A DNA stretch of 64,000 nucleotides from Escherichia phage vB_EcoM-Pr121LW, in the sequence record MH752840.1, one strand, 5' to 3'. Below, one piece after another: positions 10,224 through 20,682 of the stretch. Within the stretch, counting starts at the first letter, position 1; each line of letters begins with the position of its first letter. A program made the translations under genes and the position numbers. The notes beneath the pieces were generated by a model. That model made no database searches, had not been told where the DNA came from, and was given only the letters and a program-made list of their open reading frames with translations.

Positions 10224-10808
10224 ATGAAAATACTTCAAGAGTTTAAACTTTACCAACCGGGATCTGGCGAATACCACCCTAACAAGGGAACCAAGGAGCT
10301 GACCCCTCAAGAGGTTGAGGATTACACCGCATACACTGGGTATTTTTTACGTAATGATGATGGCGATTGGTATGTGCAGTCACGAACATTGCGACAAGAA
10401 AATCCGGGTTGTATCTTCCTACTTGTTGACGAGAAGGGAATTCTTAAGACATCTACAGAAGAACCTGATGCCCTATGGCCTGCTCCAGGTCTTCGTGTGG
10501 TTATCGCCAAAAAAGAAGAGGTACCAGAAAACATTATGCTTCACCACGACGCTTTGCGTTTAGTTGGTGATGAATTTGTCACAGACAATGAATTCTTTGT
10601 TCAACAGGCAGAGGGTGTCATAGAGACAGAACTTGCTTGGGCTACTGCTAGAATTGGTGCCTATCAAGACATGATTGACCTTGAATATGATCTTACTGAT
10701 GACCAGAAACGTAACATCAGAGATTTGAAAATGTACAGGGTAAAACTTCTTGAAATAGATACATCTAAAGCCCCTGACATTTTCTTCCCGGAGCGACCTA
10801 CCCTCTAA
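10224..10808 (+). CDS. tfa: tail fibre assembly protein (Tfa-like chaperone)
   Basis: 194 aa; C-terminus QDMIDLEYDL…MYRVKLLEIDTSKAPDIFFPERP recalled as closely matching lambda Tfa C-terminal region. Confidence 0.8.
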   Translation: MKILQEFKLYQPGSGEYHPNKGTKELTPQEVEDYTAYTGYFLRNDDGDWYVQSRTLRQENPGCIFLLVDEKGILKTSTEEPDALWPAPGLRVVIAKKEEVPENIMLHHDALRLVGDEFVTDNEFFVQQAEGVIETELAWATARIGAYQDMIDLEYDLTDDQKRNIRDLKMYRVKLLEIDTSKAPDIFFPERPTL

Positions 10809-10819
10809 GAGGAGGTGTT

Positions 10820-11134
10820 GTGGAGTTGGATTTGGCGGCATTGTACGGTATCTGCATGGGTACCGTTGTCCCGATCTGTGTATGGGCTTTCAACCAGTGG
10901 CACACCAAATGGAAAGGCATTTCCAAGAGGTTGGATGAACTGGAGAAAGACCTCATCTTAGTGAAAAACAGTATGGTTACAAAAGATAAACTTGATTCCG
11001 TTATCGAGACCCGGTTAAGCAAGCTAGAGGCCGATATTAACGACCTTAAGCAGGATGTCAGGACAGATGTCTCCGGTATCCGAGCTGATGTACAAAAGAT
11101 TTTGCACATGCTCGTAGAGCATAGTAAAAGGTAA
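10820..11134 (+). CDS. small membrane-anchored coiled-coil protein
   Basis: 104 aa; GTG start 4 nt after AAGAGGAGG; N-terminal hydrophobic helix then heptad-like region. Confidence 0.45.
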   Translation: MELDLAALYGICMGTVVPICVWAFNQWHTKWKGISKRLDELEKDLILVKNSMVTKDKLDSVIETRLSKLEADINDLKQDVRTDVSGIRADVQKILHMLVEHSKR

Positions 11135-11144
11135 ACAAAGGTCA

Positions 11145-11176
11145 GGACGGAAAGGACTCCGTTCTTGCATTTTGTT
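11145..11176 (+). terminator. candidate rho-independent terminator
   Basis: 6-bp stem with one G-U pair (11145-11164), then TTGCATTTTGTT. Confidence 0.35.
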
Positions 11177-11223
11177 CACTAAAGTGTTAAAATAGTCCTA
11201 AGGAATTTTCTCAGGAGAACGTG

Positions 11224-12267
11224 ATGACTAAACCAGTTATCCCTCTTGATATTTGGGCCAATCAGGATGTTGTGCTTGAAAATACGGGAGAATTGAATAA
11301 GTCCCAACCAAAAAAAGAAGAGAGACTGAAAGGTTGGGATATGACACAAAGAGTGGCATGTGAAGTTGTTAACTTTGAACTTCACATGCTTTCTGCGTGG
11401 TTAAAGCATTTAACAGAAGATGTTGTCCCAGGATGGGATAATAGATTCTTAAGGGTCACTAATAATCTGGCAGACGTTCCAGACAAAGCTGCTGCACGTC
11501 AAGTTCTCAATGTATACTCGCCTGAAGAAATGGATGACCTTTATGTTGACAAGGCTGGAGACACAATGATCCAGACTCAAACTTTAGGTCTTCAAAGAAT
11601 CGAGTTTGCATCCGCGTCAACAGACAATGCGGCGATATACACCACCATAACTTCAGACAAGACGATGATGGATTTCTGGATTATGGACAACATCGGTGGT
11701 GCTGACGGCACAGACCTTGATGATCCCTCTCACCAAATAGACGGTTTCCGTTGGAGATTTCAACCTTCTGGTGGGCAGCCTGTGTTTTCAGCTATGAAGC
11801 TCAATGCTATAACTGCCAACCGTGCAAGACTGGCTATCCAAGGAAATCTTGAATGCAACGACGCAAAAAGTTCCTCTACAAATGCCAATGCAGCTACTAT
11901 ACCAAGAGCCACTGTTAATGGACAACAATCCTGTGGAAGCGCTCAAATAGGTGGAAGAGTTGATTGCAACGATGAAACCGTCAGGGGCCAATATGCAACA
12001 GTTGGTGGAAGAAACGTGGTCCGCAGGGTAAATGGTAACAGCGCAGACGGTAGTGGTAACCTTACTATCCCTATGCCCAGCAGAGGGGTTGATGATGTGA
12101 GGATAGCAAACCGTTTCAAAACCACCTACAGAGAGTCAAGAGTCTACCCTGGACATGTGATGTGCTCGGGTAACTACGCTTATAAACACCCTTATCAAGG
12201 TGATTACTGGACAGGTGCTATCCAAAAACTTGTAAATGGTCAATGGATCACTATATCTTATGCTTAA
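11224..12267 (+). CDS. tail fibre protein, paralogue B
   Basis: ORF track 11221 (GTG); ATG 11224 with CAGGAG SD; GDTMIQTQTLGL motif; termini paralogous to 9169..10209 (…KLVNGQWITISYA). Confidence 0.7.
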   Translation: MTKPVIPLDIWANQDVVLENTGELNKSQPKKEERLKGWDMTQRVACEVVNFELHMLSAWLKHLTEDVVPGWDNRFLRVTNNLADVPDKAAARQVLNVYSPEEMDDLYVDKAGDTMIQTQTLGLQRIEFASASTDNAAIYTTITSDKTMMDFWIMDNIGGADGTDLDDPSHQIDGFRWRFQPSGGQPVFSAMKLNAITANRARLAIQGNLECNDAKSSSTNANAATIPRATVNGQQSCGSAQIGGRVDCNDETVRGQYATVGGRNVVRRVNGNSADGSGNLTIPMPSRGVDDVRIANRFKTTYRESRVYPGHVMCSGNYAYKHPYQGDYWTGAIQKLVNGQWITISYA

Positions 12268-12278
12268 AAAGAGGGTAA

Positions 12279-12545
12279 ATGAAACTAACTCAGTTTTTAT
12301 GGGGACTGGTTGCGGCATCTGATGACCCTACGAAAGTGTCCCAATCTAAGCTATGGTCAAACATAGGTATGGCGGTGATGACTGGGGTGTTTATTCATAT
12401 GGGGTATAATGATACGCTTCCTGAATGGTATGCGTGGATATATGCGCCTTCGGTAGCTTGCCCCCAGCTTATTAGCAAATTCATCTCGCTCCGGTGGGGT
12501 TGCCAGCACCCTGACCACGTTAAAAACGAAGAGCAAAAAGCTTAA
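12279..12545 (+). CDS. small hydrophobic protein
   Basis: 88 aa; AAGAGGG SD; hydrophobic segments; downstream of fibre paralogue B. Confidence 0.45.
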   Translation: MKLTQFLWGLVAASDDPTKVSQSKLWSNIGMAVMTGVFIHMGYNDTLPEWYAWIYAPSVACPQLISKFISLRWGCQHPDHVKNEEQKA

Positions 12546-12554
12546 GGAGAGATC

Positions 12555-14300
12555 ATGGCGCAAGACATGACAAGCTTTGAGCAGGCGGTAGATCAAGTAA
12601 TTGTTGATTCTGAACGTTTGCACCTGATTGTCAACGGTAACGCTGTGGATGAGGTTGTCGTAGAGGATGGGACCACCATCCCTACGGTACGAAAAGCCAT
12701 GCTTGACACCCTTTATTTTAAAACGCCGCCGATCCCTTGGGCGTATGGTGCATCCACAACAGTTTTTAACCAGCTATATGAGTTTAAAGGGGACACAGGG
12801 CCCCAGTGGTGGTACGCTCCCGCAGCATCAAAATCTAACCCGGTTAGAATGCCAGCAGATCCTTCACAATCCCCAAACTGGAGATTATATACTGACTCTG
12901 CAGTAATGGCAAAATACTACGCAAAACTTAACAGCCCAAGGTTCGAAGGTGACCCGCGAGCACCTACACCCCCAATGGACGATAAGTCAGAGTCTATAGC
13001 AAACACAGAGTTTGTTGTTGACTATGTTGATAGCATATTTAAAGCCATGGAGGGGATGAAAGTTACTGTAGGATCTTTGGTGGTAAAAGGTCTTACAGAA
13101 CTCGCTAACACCATAGTTGGTGGCACCCTTACCTTACATGGACCTGTTAATGGGGCAGATTCTACTGCACGCTTTAGGAATCTAATCCTCACGGCAAATA
13201 CTTCTACACTTACTTTTGCGTGGAGCGATCCTAAGCATGCAGACTGGAGAAGTACAGAGCTGCAACCTCATGAAGTGTCCACCCACAGGGTTATAGCTGA
13301 CACTATAACTTCTGGGAAACCAGTGGCTAATAATAACGATGTACATTTTGATGGTCTGGGTAATAACTTTTTTGACTACGTGTACATTCGTGGTAATGCC
13401 ATGAAGGCAGCAACCGAACCGACATTGCAGGTCGATGGGACCACCAGGGTTAAGAACCTTGAGGTGACAGGTACCGTTACAGGGATAACCTACTCTGTTG
13501 ATGGCACCATGATCTACCCTAGCTATATCGAAAGCACGGGTGATGCATTGATAAATGGCGATTTGGAGGTTGGCGGGTCTGTAGTTATTCGAGGTACAGC
13601 CTCTATCCAAAATATAGCTCTGAATACTCTAAGGGTCAATGAGCGTGCAACTTTTGAAGGAGAAGGGCTTACAGCCAATAAAGGTACAATTACCGAGCTG
13701 ACCTCCACCACTTTGACTGCAACAACTGCAAACTCTGAAAACTGCAACATTACCAGAAACTTGCAGGTAAATGGAGATGTTAGTTTAAACGCCGCAGGGA
13801 CTGGCACCACCTACCTTCACAATCTTGAAATATCCGGCACAGTGACCGGGTGGCTGCCAGACTTCTCTAATGTCAACTTTGTCTGTAATGGTATTAACTC
13901 CAGTGGTAAGATAACCACCTCTCAAGAAATTGAGGCTGGTAAAACCATCACTGCCCCTACTTTCCACGCAGGGAAGGTAGATTTCGATTTAGAGGAGGTT
14001 GACGCGTCCAGTGGGACATGGACACCTAACGGGCAGGCCAGTATGTATGTTGTCCACGCTAAAGGGGATTTTACAATAGGGCAGTGGCCTGGGACATCAG
14101 CGGAAGATAAACCTTATCCATTTACTGCGGTTATCTATGTAATTCAGGATGCTGTAGGTCACAACGTGACTTTGCACGATAAGTATGCTATCCTGTCGGC
14201 AACACCTGTTATTAACAACAAGGCTAACAGTGTTACCTTGCTGCAATTAACGTATTGTGGTGTTGGTGATATCGTAGATGTAGTAATTGCACAACGTTAA
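12555..14300 (+). CDS. tail fibre / tail spike protein
   Basis: 581 aa; AAGGAG SD; N-terminal SPRFEGDPRAPTPP…IANTEFV fibre-like motif; repetitive beta-rich body. Confidence 0.6.
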   Translation: MAQDMTSFEQAVDQVIVDSERLHLIVNGNAVDEVVVEDGTTIPTVRKAMLDTLYFKTPPIPWAYGASTTVFNQLYEFKGDTGPQWWYAPAASKSNPVRMPADPSQSPNWRLYTDSAVMAKYYAKLNSPRFEGDPRAPTPPMDDKSESIANTEFVVDYVDSIFKAMEGMKVTVGSLVVKGLTELANTIVGGTLTLHGPVNGADSTARFRNLILTANTSTLTFAWSDPKHADWRSTELQPHEVSTHRVIADTITSGKPVANNNDVHFDGLGNNFFDYVYIRGNAMKAATEPTLQVDGTTRVKNLEVTGTVTGITYSVDGTMIYPSYIESTGDALINGDLEVGGSVVIRGTASIQNIALNTLRVNERATFEGEGLTANKGTITELTSTTLTATTANSENCNITRNLQVNGDVSLNAAGTGTTYLHNLEISGTVTGWLPDFSNVNFVCNGINSSGKITTSQEIEAGKTITAPTFHAGKVDFDLEEVDASSGTWTPNGQASMYVVHAKGDFTIGQWPGTSAEDKPYPFTAVIYVIQDAVGHNVTLHDKYAILSATPVINNKANSVTLLQLTYCGVGDIVDVVIAQR

Positions 14301-14307
14301 TATATCT

Positions 14308-14336
14308 AACCGCTCCTGACGGGGCGGTTTTCTTAT
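14308..14336 (+). terminator. rho-independent terminator
   Basis: 7-bp stem CCGCTCC/GGGGCGG with one G-U pair, then TTTTCTT. Confidence 0.55.
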
Positions 14337-14348
14337 CTGGAGAACACA

Positions 14349-17300
14349 ATGCTTCCAATCCCTTTGCTAAAACTTGGTCGTCATTTCCTCGATAAGAGGG
14401 GTGGAATTAAGGAACTTGCTGTTCTGTCATACCCAATAGACAACAGTGATGGTACAAGCAATACAGTATCCTATGTAAATAGCTTAGCTATACTTTTTGA
14501 TGATGGTCAGCTTAATATTACTGGCTATAATAGGTTCGGAGAGTGTCGGACTGGAGATCTTGATACAATAAACTATCCTAATGAGGCAGCTTGGAACGTA
14601 GACCATGTTTGGAGAGCTGACCGTGCATTTGTAATCCGCACATTCGATAATAAATTTTTCTATATTGGTTGCACAGCTGGTCTTATCGGATCTGAGGCAG
14701 CAGGTGGAAACGATGTTTGTGTCAGAGAGTGGACACCTTTGCCGGAACAGATTGTAACAGGGTTGCATTTGGACACCCATCCTGAGAGACTTGTTGAAGT
14801 AATGGGTGGCGTAAACAATACAGTGTGGGTAATTGCTGCACCAGAGGCTGATGGTATGCTTCACCTGTACGGCTCTGGCAATAATACTTACGGCTCTCTT
14901 CATGTTGACAAAAATCAACACGCTACTCCAGTTAAGATTGGTGAAACATCTGAAAGTCCAGAGACAGGTCCTTGGAAAAATCCAAGAATTAATTGTGAAG
15001 TTCATGACAACTCGGTTATTTTTGGTGGTCCTAACGGATTCTGGATTGCAGGTTACGATTTCTTAAGAAATAACAGCAAAAACGCACTAGTTTATCCAGC
15101 CGAGCATGTGACTCTTGACCAGTTTAAAGGCATCCCAGTGGGCGAGACATGGAAAGGGTTCATGTGTGGGCCTAATGGTGCAATTATAGCCACAGAAAGG
15201 ATGCACAAACCTGATGACCAACAGCTTGTTAATGTGTTTTATGGTCAGGATGTTTGGGGTGACGACACGTGGAGAAGCCTTAACATCACCTATACCCATG
15301 AAGTAATTATGGCTCGCGGGTACGGGACTAGTGGAATTTTCTTCAATAATGGTACAAAACAGTACCGTGGTTTCTCCAGAAACCTGTGTAACGATATTGG
15401 TGCTCAATCTGCTAATAATAATCCTAGGGCCAATTTTATTCATTACAGAGCGCTGGCAACAGCTAAGTTTGTTGAACAGACAGAGCCAGTAAGCTGGACA
15501 GAAAGCGTTTATTTTCAAGGGATCCACAGGGAAGGTTTCTTAGGCACATTTTGTGTGGTAAATGGAAAGCTTTGGTGGTCAGGAATACCACGTGGTAGTT
15601 TTTCAGGATCTAATAACCTCTTTGGCGGCAGACTTAACAGCCAAGGGTTCACAGAGATTCCGGAGAATTGGTATAAAAATGTCCCGGTAGATAGCTGGGG
15701 TATCGAAGACATCTTTGATGTCAATGGTGTGAGCAATGCTAGCAACATTTACATTGGAGATACTGTCAAGATGAAATTGAAACCTCAGCCGGAGGGTGCT
15801 ACGTTCATTATTGACAAGATTGAGTTGGTAAATGCTGCAGGCACTGTTGTTACAGATGCAAACTATCAGTTCTCCACTAACTGGAACCATGGTGGTGCTA
15901 ACGAAGTTGTGGTTACCCAGTATAACCGTAACATCAACAGACGTGGTTTGTATTCTATCAAGATCACCTACCATGACAAGCATGGCACTGGAAGAACCTA
16001 TACGACAAGGACTTTGAACTGGAACACTATAGTTCCTGCGTATCCGTCCGACGGCAAGTGGCATACCGTTGGTAGAAACAAGCAGTTCCATGTTAACGAT
16101 ACTGTATACTTTGGGCTGAATGGGACCCAGCCTGCAGTAGAAGGGGATACATCGTATATGGTCAGACTCCACAGAATGGATGCTGGATCAGTCACTTATG
16201 ATGTGACCCAAGAGATCTACGATCAAAGACGCGCCACGTATGACAATATTGTGAAAACACAAGCCTTGTGGGAGTTCAATCCCAATGGCAAGGGTGGTAA
16301 AATGTTGCAGGTTAATGAGCAGAACGGAACGTCGTTGACTGTTCACGAACACCCAGACCCTTGGCCTGATCCTGGAAAACCTCACCCGGGAGCTCGTACA
16401 CTGAAAATTGTCAGCCATGATGCAGGATATTTCGGAATACGCTGGGAAGCCACAGTAAGATATGCCGACGGGACAACAAACAACATAGGGATCACCCTTG
16501 GTGGCACTAGTGAGGATAACTCACTGAAAATTGCCTATACCCCTAGAGGCATCTCTATTGATAATATGGATGTTGTTCGCAACGGTTACGGTGATGTAAA
16601 TGTCAAAGTTACTCTTGGTGAACATCTCGGTGGGGAAAGGATCATCATGTATGCCTTTGATCATGATCCTCGCACCAACGGAACCTATGCAAATCAGGCG
16701 TGGAGTTACCTGATAAATGCACCTGAGCCGAATACTAAAGAGTTTTATTACGGTATGAAGCGGGATGTGTGCAAGAAAACAGGGACACATGATTGGATTG
16801 CTATCTGCGTTAAAGATGAACGAACCGCTTGGGACGAGCCTGTTAACCGATGGTTCATAGGGATTCCCACCAGAAGTGATAAGTATGTCGCAGAATATAT
16901 TGTGTGCATGGGCGGCACCAACCTGAACTTGTGTTGGAACGAGGATGCAAATAAATACTCTGATTATGACTATATGAGGGATATCTCTTGCAATCAGTGG
17001 TTTAGCCAATCAACAGGTTACCCTCCAAGACAGGCGAGAGTAAACCCTGCAATCTTCACAGACACGCAGGTTTTCTTGACAAAACAGGCCAACGAGGTTC
17101 AGACATTCAAGAATAAATACGATCCTAACAAGTGGTTCTACAACTGTTACGGCGCATTTTTCTGGGGACCTGGTGAGTTACCTGGTGGAGGATCTTGCTT
17201 GAATGAGGCAACTTACGCCAGTGACTACATCATGGGGCAGGTCAAGAAGTATAAGATAATCCCCGGTCCTGAGACTTTGGGCAATGCCGTTGACCCTTAT

Positions 17301-19985
17301 ATCATCATGACTGCACTGAGATCAAACATGGATGGGACATCCATGTCCATGCAAATTCCGGTAACAAACGGATACAAACGTGTTGTGATGATCATTAAGT
17401 GCGACCTGATAGGTAAACAAGTTCTTGCAGAAAACGGGACATCCACACATCCTTTTGAGATCGCTCTACACTATCAGTTTGCTGACTCACCTTTTGCAGG
17501 GGATAAGAGAATATCTGATACAGACGCACAGCGTTGTAAGAAAGTATTGTTGGGTGCAGGTTGGTGGTGGTATGAGTTTGATTTAACAGATAAATTCACC
17601 GACACGTCTAAAGTTGTAACAGGACTTCGTCTAGACTTTGGCGAGAACATGCACAAAGCTGTTTGTGATGGCACCTATGGTGACCCTACAATATACCTAA
17701 AATATGTTTCTTTTGAGCATCCGGAAGATGTTGTCTACGGTCCAAAACTGAGATTGTTTGGCAGCTGGATTGCAAAAGATAGGGTAGGTATGGGTAAGAA
17801 GGTAAGAGGGTTCTTGGTTGATGCAGGAACAGAAGACATGCTGGTTAATGCAGTATGGCCTGAATTACCTGGGACTCAGTGGGACAACTCAGCCAAATCT
17901 GTAAACTGGTTTAACATTCATAGGGCCATGTGGACCACTAACTGCTACTTGTGGAGAGAGCTTAACGATCAGGCCTTTGGCTTCAGCGATGGTAGAAGGA
18001 TGGCGATCATTTGCTGGACAACACTGCAAAGATGTTATGACCATAACTATGAGATTGGAGGCAGGGAATGGAAAAATATCAGGGACAGAATCATAACCAA
18101 TTTTGCAGACGACAACGGTGGCGGAGCACATAACTTTGGCACAAGCCGACTCATCCATTTGAACGGATCCTCAGCCTACAAGAAAGAAGGATACTCTGGG
18201 TCCATGATTGAGTGGGGTCTGGTAAAAGATGCTCGTGTGTTGATGGGTCAGCAACTTGCTGCTGCAATAGGGCCGAACGCAGTACAATCTGTTAAACCAG
18301 CGTGGTTCGATATCCCATTATGGTCATCTGGAACACCAGGAACTGCTGCAATCAACCCTGCCACTGGGGATTTGGAAATCTCCTGGGAAGACTTGAAGCA
18401 GGTCGGTGGTTGGGACAAAACAGGGTATCAGGTTCAGTGGTGGAGAGCTGACGGATCTTTAGCCGCTGATGAGTTTGTTAAGGACAATTTCTACACCATG
18501 TCCTCTGCAAAAGCACAGGAATTGTTCGGTCAGGCAACTCCGTCAACGATCACCATGTCCATGTGCTGTAAAGACAACAGGACTGGAGCTTTGGGGCCAA
18601 GGGTTGCTAAGGTTTTCTCAGGTATTAAATGGAATCCCTCTGTTCAAAGTGTTTCATGGAAGCAAATAGGTGATAACAAGCTGCTAGTTACCCCCGCCTG
18701 TCAGTTCAACGCAACTCTTAACGTTGATCCTGCTGCTGCGGCAAACTCAGCTAAAGCTTCTGACTTCTCTGTGTCTAACACTGCTATGGCAGATGTGAGG
18801 AAGATTGACACGCTGAACGCCAGAATTACCTGTAAAAACACTTATGGCACATTCCAGATCATCAACAACTTCACAGATGCTGATTCTAAGGTAGTGAGGA
18901 CAGCAAGCCAGACTCTGAGTTTAGGAACTCTGGCCTATGCAGCCCTGATCACTGAACAGTCGGCAACACTCCAAGGAGGTGGTGTAGGCAAGTCTATTAC
19001 AACACCTGTGTGGAAGCCAAATGAGTGGGTTGTGTTTGATTTGACTGTGGACTTCTCCAGTGATAATAACTGGACATGGGTAAGGGATTGCTTGTCACAA
19101 CTGATGGGTGGTCCAAGCTCCGTTAGTGATAGCCACGACTCCACTGACCCGAGTGTGTTTCAGGTGGGTAAAACTCACCCGGAGACTGGAGCAACTTTGC
19201 CTGACAGGAAGTATGCTTTGGTTTGCATCTCTTACGGAAAAGCAGATGTCACCTTCTCAGGAACACACACTTATAACGGTACATATAACTTCTCAAGGAA
19301 GTATAGTCTCAAGGCAGGGAACATTATAGATGAGGTTGGTCCGTTATATAACCCTGGCAACGGGATAGGGATTGTAGGCGGCAAACTGCAGATGCAGGAA
19401 CCTTCTATTACTCCTTCCAACGTGTCTGGGATCAGGAAGACTTGGGAAAGTAACAATACTGGCATCGCAACTGTGGATGCTACCACCGGACTGGTAACAT
19501 TTAAAGCTCCCGGTGATGTCACTATAACGTTTATAGTTACTGATGATGCAGGGCGCAAAACGTCTTCAACATCTTTTACTGTCAAACAGATGGCACCACA
19601 GTGGAGAATGTGGATAGGTACAGCAACAAACGGGGCATACCCTAATCCGGCAGGTACTTCTGGTATGAAGACTTTCTCTACAAGCGAACCGATGGAGTAC
19701 GGCAGCGGTCCTAAGGTAGGACAGATGGTATACTTTGGTGCGTATATTCCTGAAATTATAGGGCTTCCGAGAAGTCAGCTTCAGTTGCTGTTTGGGGCTG
19801 GTGTTGACGATCTTGCCACTTTCGGGTATAGCGACAACATCGAGGCTGCAAGGAGTTCAGGATGGGTAGGGTTCAGAATGGAGTCTGGAAAGGAAGGCAG
19901 GATTCTAGGGACAGCCTCTATAGGTGTTATGTTCCCTGGTGACCAGCAGTATCGCCTGAAAGCCTACGCAACTTTCTCTCTTTAA
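14349..19985 (+). CDS. large distal tail protein (1878 aa) with C-terminal Ig-like (Big_2-type) region
   Basis: Single long ORF; C-terminal segment VTFKAPGDVTITFIVTDDAGRKTSSTSFTV typical of bacterial Ig-like folds; last gene of late operon. Confidence 0.75.
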   Translation: MLPIPLLKLGRHFLDKRGGIKELAVLSYPIDNSDGTSNTVSYVNSLAILFDDGQLNITGYNRFGECRTGDLDTINYPNEAAWNVDHVWRADRAFVIRTFDNKFFYIGCTAGLIGSEAAGGNDVCVREWTPLPEQIVTGLHLDTHPERLVEVMGGVNNTVWVIAAPEADGMLHLYGSGNNTYGSLHVDKNQHATPVKIGETSESPETGPWKNPRINCEVHDNSVIFGGPNGFWIAGYDFLRNNSKNALVYPAEHVTLDQFKGIPVGETWKGFMCGPNGAIIATERMHKPDDQQLVNVFYGQDVWGDDTWRSLNITYTHEVIMARGYGTSGIFFNNGTKQYRGFSRNLCNDIGAQSANNNPRANFIHYRALATAKFVEQTEPVSWTESVYFQGIHREGFLGTFCVVNGKLWWSGIPRGSFSGSNNLFGGRLNSQGFTEIPENWYKNVPVDSWGIEDIFDVNGVSNASNIYIGDTVKMKLKPQPEGATFIIDKIELVNAAGTVVTDANYQFSTNWNHGGANEVVVTQYNRNINRRGLYSIKITYHDKHGTGRTYTTRTLNWNTIVPAYPSDGKWHTVGRNKQFHVNDTVYFGLNGTQPAVEGDTSYMVRLHRMDAGSVTYDVTQEIYDQRRATYDNIVKTQALWEFNPNGKGGKMLQVNEQNGTSLTVHEHPDPWPDPGKPHPGARTLKIVSHDAGYFGIRWEATVRYADGTTNNIGITLGGTSEDNSLKIAYTPRGISIDNMDVVRNGYGDVNVKVTLGEHLGGERIIMYAFDHDPRTNGTYANQAWSYLINAPEPNTKEFYYGMKRDVCKKTGTHDWIAICVKDERTAWDEPVNRWFIGIPTRSDKYVAEYIVCMGGTNLNLCWNEDANKYSDYDYMRDISCNQWFSQSTGYPPRQARVNPAIFTDTQVFLTKQANEVQTFKNKYDPNKWFYNCYGAFFWGPGELPGGGSCLNEATYASDYIMGQVKKYKIIPGPETLGNAVDPYIIMTALRSNMDGTSMSMQIPVTNGYKRVVMIIKCDLIGKQVLAENGTSTHPFEIALHYQFADSPFAGDKRISDTDAQRCKKVLLGAGWWWYEFDLTDKFTDTSKVVTGLRLDFGENMHKAVCDGTYGDPTIYLKYVSFEHPEDVVYGPKLRLFGSWIAKDRVGMGKKVRGFLVDAGTEDMLVNAVWPELPGTQWDNSAKSVNWFNIHRAMWTTNCYLWRELNDQAFGFSDGRRMAIICWTTLQRCYDHNYEIGGREWKNIRDRIITNFADDNGGGAHNFGTSRLIHLNGSSAYKKEGYSGSMIEWGLVKDARVLMGQQLAAAIGPNAVQSVKPAWFDIPLWSSGTPGTAAINPATGDLEISWEDLKQVGGWDKTGYQVQWWRADGSLAADEFVKDNFYTMSSAKAQELFGQATPSTITMSMCCKDNRTGALGPRVAKVFSGIKWNPSVQSVSWKQIGDNKLLVTPACQFNATLNVDPAAAANSAKASDFSVSNTAMADVRKIDTLNARITCKNTYGTFQIINNFTDADSKVVRTASQTLSLGTLAYAALITEQSATLQGGGVGKSITTPVWKPNEWVVFDLTVDFSSDNNWTWVRDCLSQLMGGPSSVSDSHDSTDPSVFQVGKTHPETGATLPDRKYALVCISYGKADVTFSGTHTYNGTYNFSRKYSLKAGNIIDEVGPLYNPGNGIGIVGGKLQMQEPSITPSNVSGIRKTWESNNTGIATVDATTGLVTFKAPGDVTITFIVTDDAGRKTSSTSFTVKQMAPQWRMWIGTATNGAYPNPAGTSGMKTFSTSEPMEYGSGPKVGQMVYFGAYIPEIIGLPRSQLQLLFGAGVDDLATFGYSDNIEAARSSGWVGFRMESGKEGRILGTASIGVMFPGDQQYRLKAYATFSL

Positions 19986-19991
19986 CAAGCG

Positions 19992-20030
19992 GTAAATAAA
20001 AAGGGGCCAAATGGCCCCTTTCTTTTTATA
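19992..20030. terminator. bidirectional rho-independent terminator between convergent operons
   Basis: AGGGGCC-AAAT-GGCCCCT hairpin (20002-20019) flanked by A-run upstream and T-run downstream. Confidence 0.75.
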
Positions 20031-20031
20031 A

Positions 20032-20232
20032 TTAGTAATATTCCCAACACGACCCATCTTCAGACGGCTGGACACGCTTGCCTTCATGATCGACATAGGT
20101 GTAACCGCAACCTTCGCAGATAACAGGTGCCGCATAACCTTCCTTCCACTGATCTTCTGTGATCAATCCTTCCAGATCTCTACAGTTAAAACCAAACAAC
20201 TCTTCAGAACAATCTTTGCAAAAATCAGCCAT
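20032..20232 (-). CDS. small zinc-ribbon protein
   Basis: 66 aa; CxxC…CxxC (CKDC, CEGC). Confidence 0.5.
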   Translation of the reverse strand: MADFCKDCSEELFGFNCRDLEGLITEDQWKEGYAAPVICEGCGYTYVDHEGKRVQPSEDGSCWEYY

Positions 20233-20235
20233 TTC

Positions 20236-20682
20236 TCAGTCCTCGCATTTAACAAATTTTTCTACAGATCCGCCAAGCACAGCTTGTTGCTTGATGGCAC
20301 TTGCTTCATCATAGTGGATAGACTTATGTTCCGTACCTCCAAACTTACCTGTGTGGAAGGTGTGCACCCAAATCTCTTTAGGAAGGGATTTATTCTCTTC
20401 CTCCACCAACTCCCACATACCCCACAAGTGATCTGTGATATCTTTGATGAAATATCCCTCTCCTAGGTTTGTATTCACACTATAGGCCGATTCGTGATTT
20501 CCGCAAATATAACGGAAGGCAGTGTACTCTTTTCCTGGTGTGAAGTGGGTATCCATTAGTATAGCTGTTAAAGAATAAGGGTCTCGAAAGCCCAAGAACT
20601 TTAGTTTAACAATTTCGACATTTACATCTGCAAGATTGTCCATGACGATCTCCTCTGTTTGGTTGGTGAGATAATCATACAT
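20236..20682 (-). CDS. hypothetical protein; candidate 2H phosphoesterase
   Basis: 148 aa; two H-x-T/S motifs (THFT at res 45-48, EHKS at 118-121) about 73 residues apart. Confidence 0.5.
   Translation of the reverse strand: MYDYLTNQTEEIVMDNLADVNVEIVKLKFLGFRDPYSLTAILMDTHFTPGKEYTAFRYICGNHESAYSVNTNLGEGYFIKDITDHLWGMWELVEEENKSLPKEIWVHTFHTGKFGGTEHKSIHYDEASAIKQQAVLGGSVEKFVKCED

Noticed and set aside
14484-19585. Minus-strand and alternative-frame ORFs within the 1878-aa tail gene (for example 14484..15005, 15603..16172, 16521..17009)
   Set aside because: Embedded in or antisense to the continuous 5.6-kb ORF; no independent start signals.
20236-20682. GNHE motif suggesting a calcineurin-like metallophosphatase
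   Set aside because: The upstream DxH and GDxxD(R)G metal-binding motifs that should accompany GNHE are absent; the paired H-x-T/S motifs fit a 2H phosphoesterase better.
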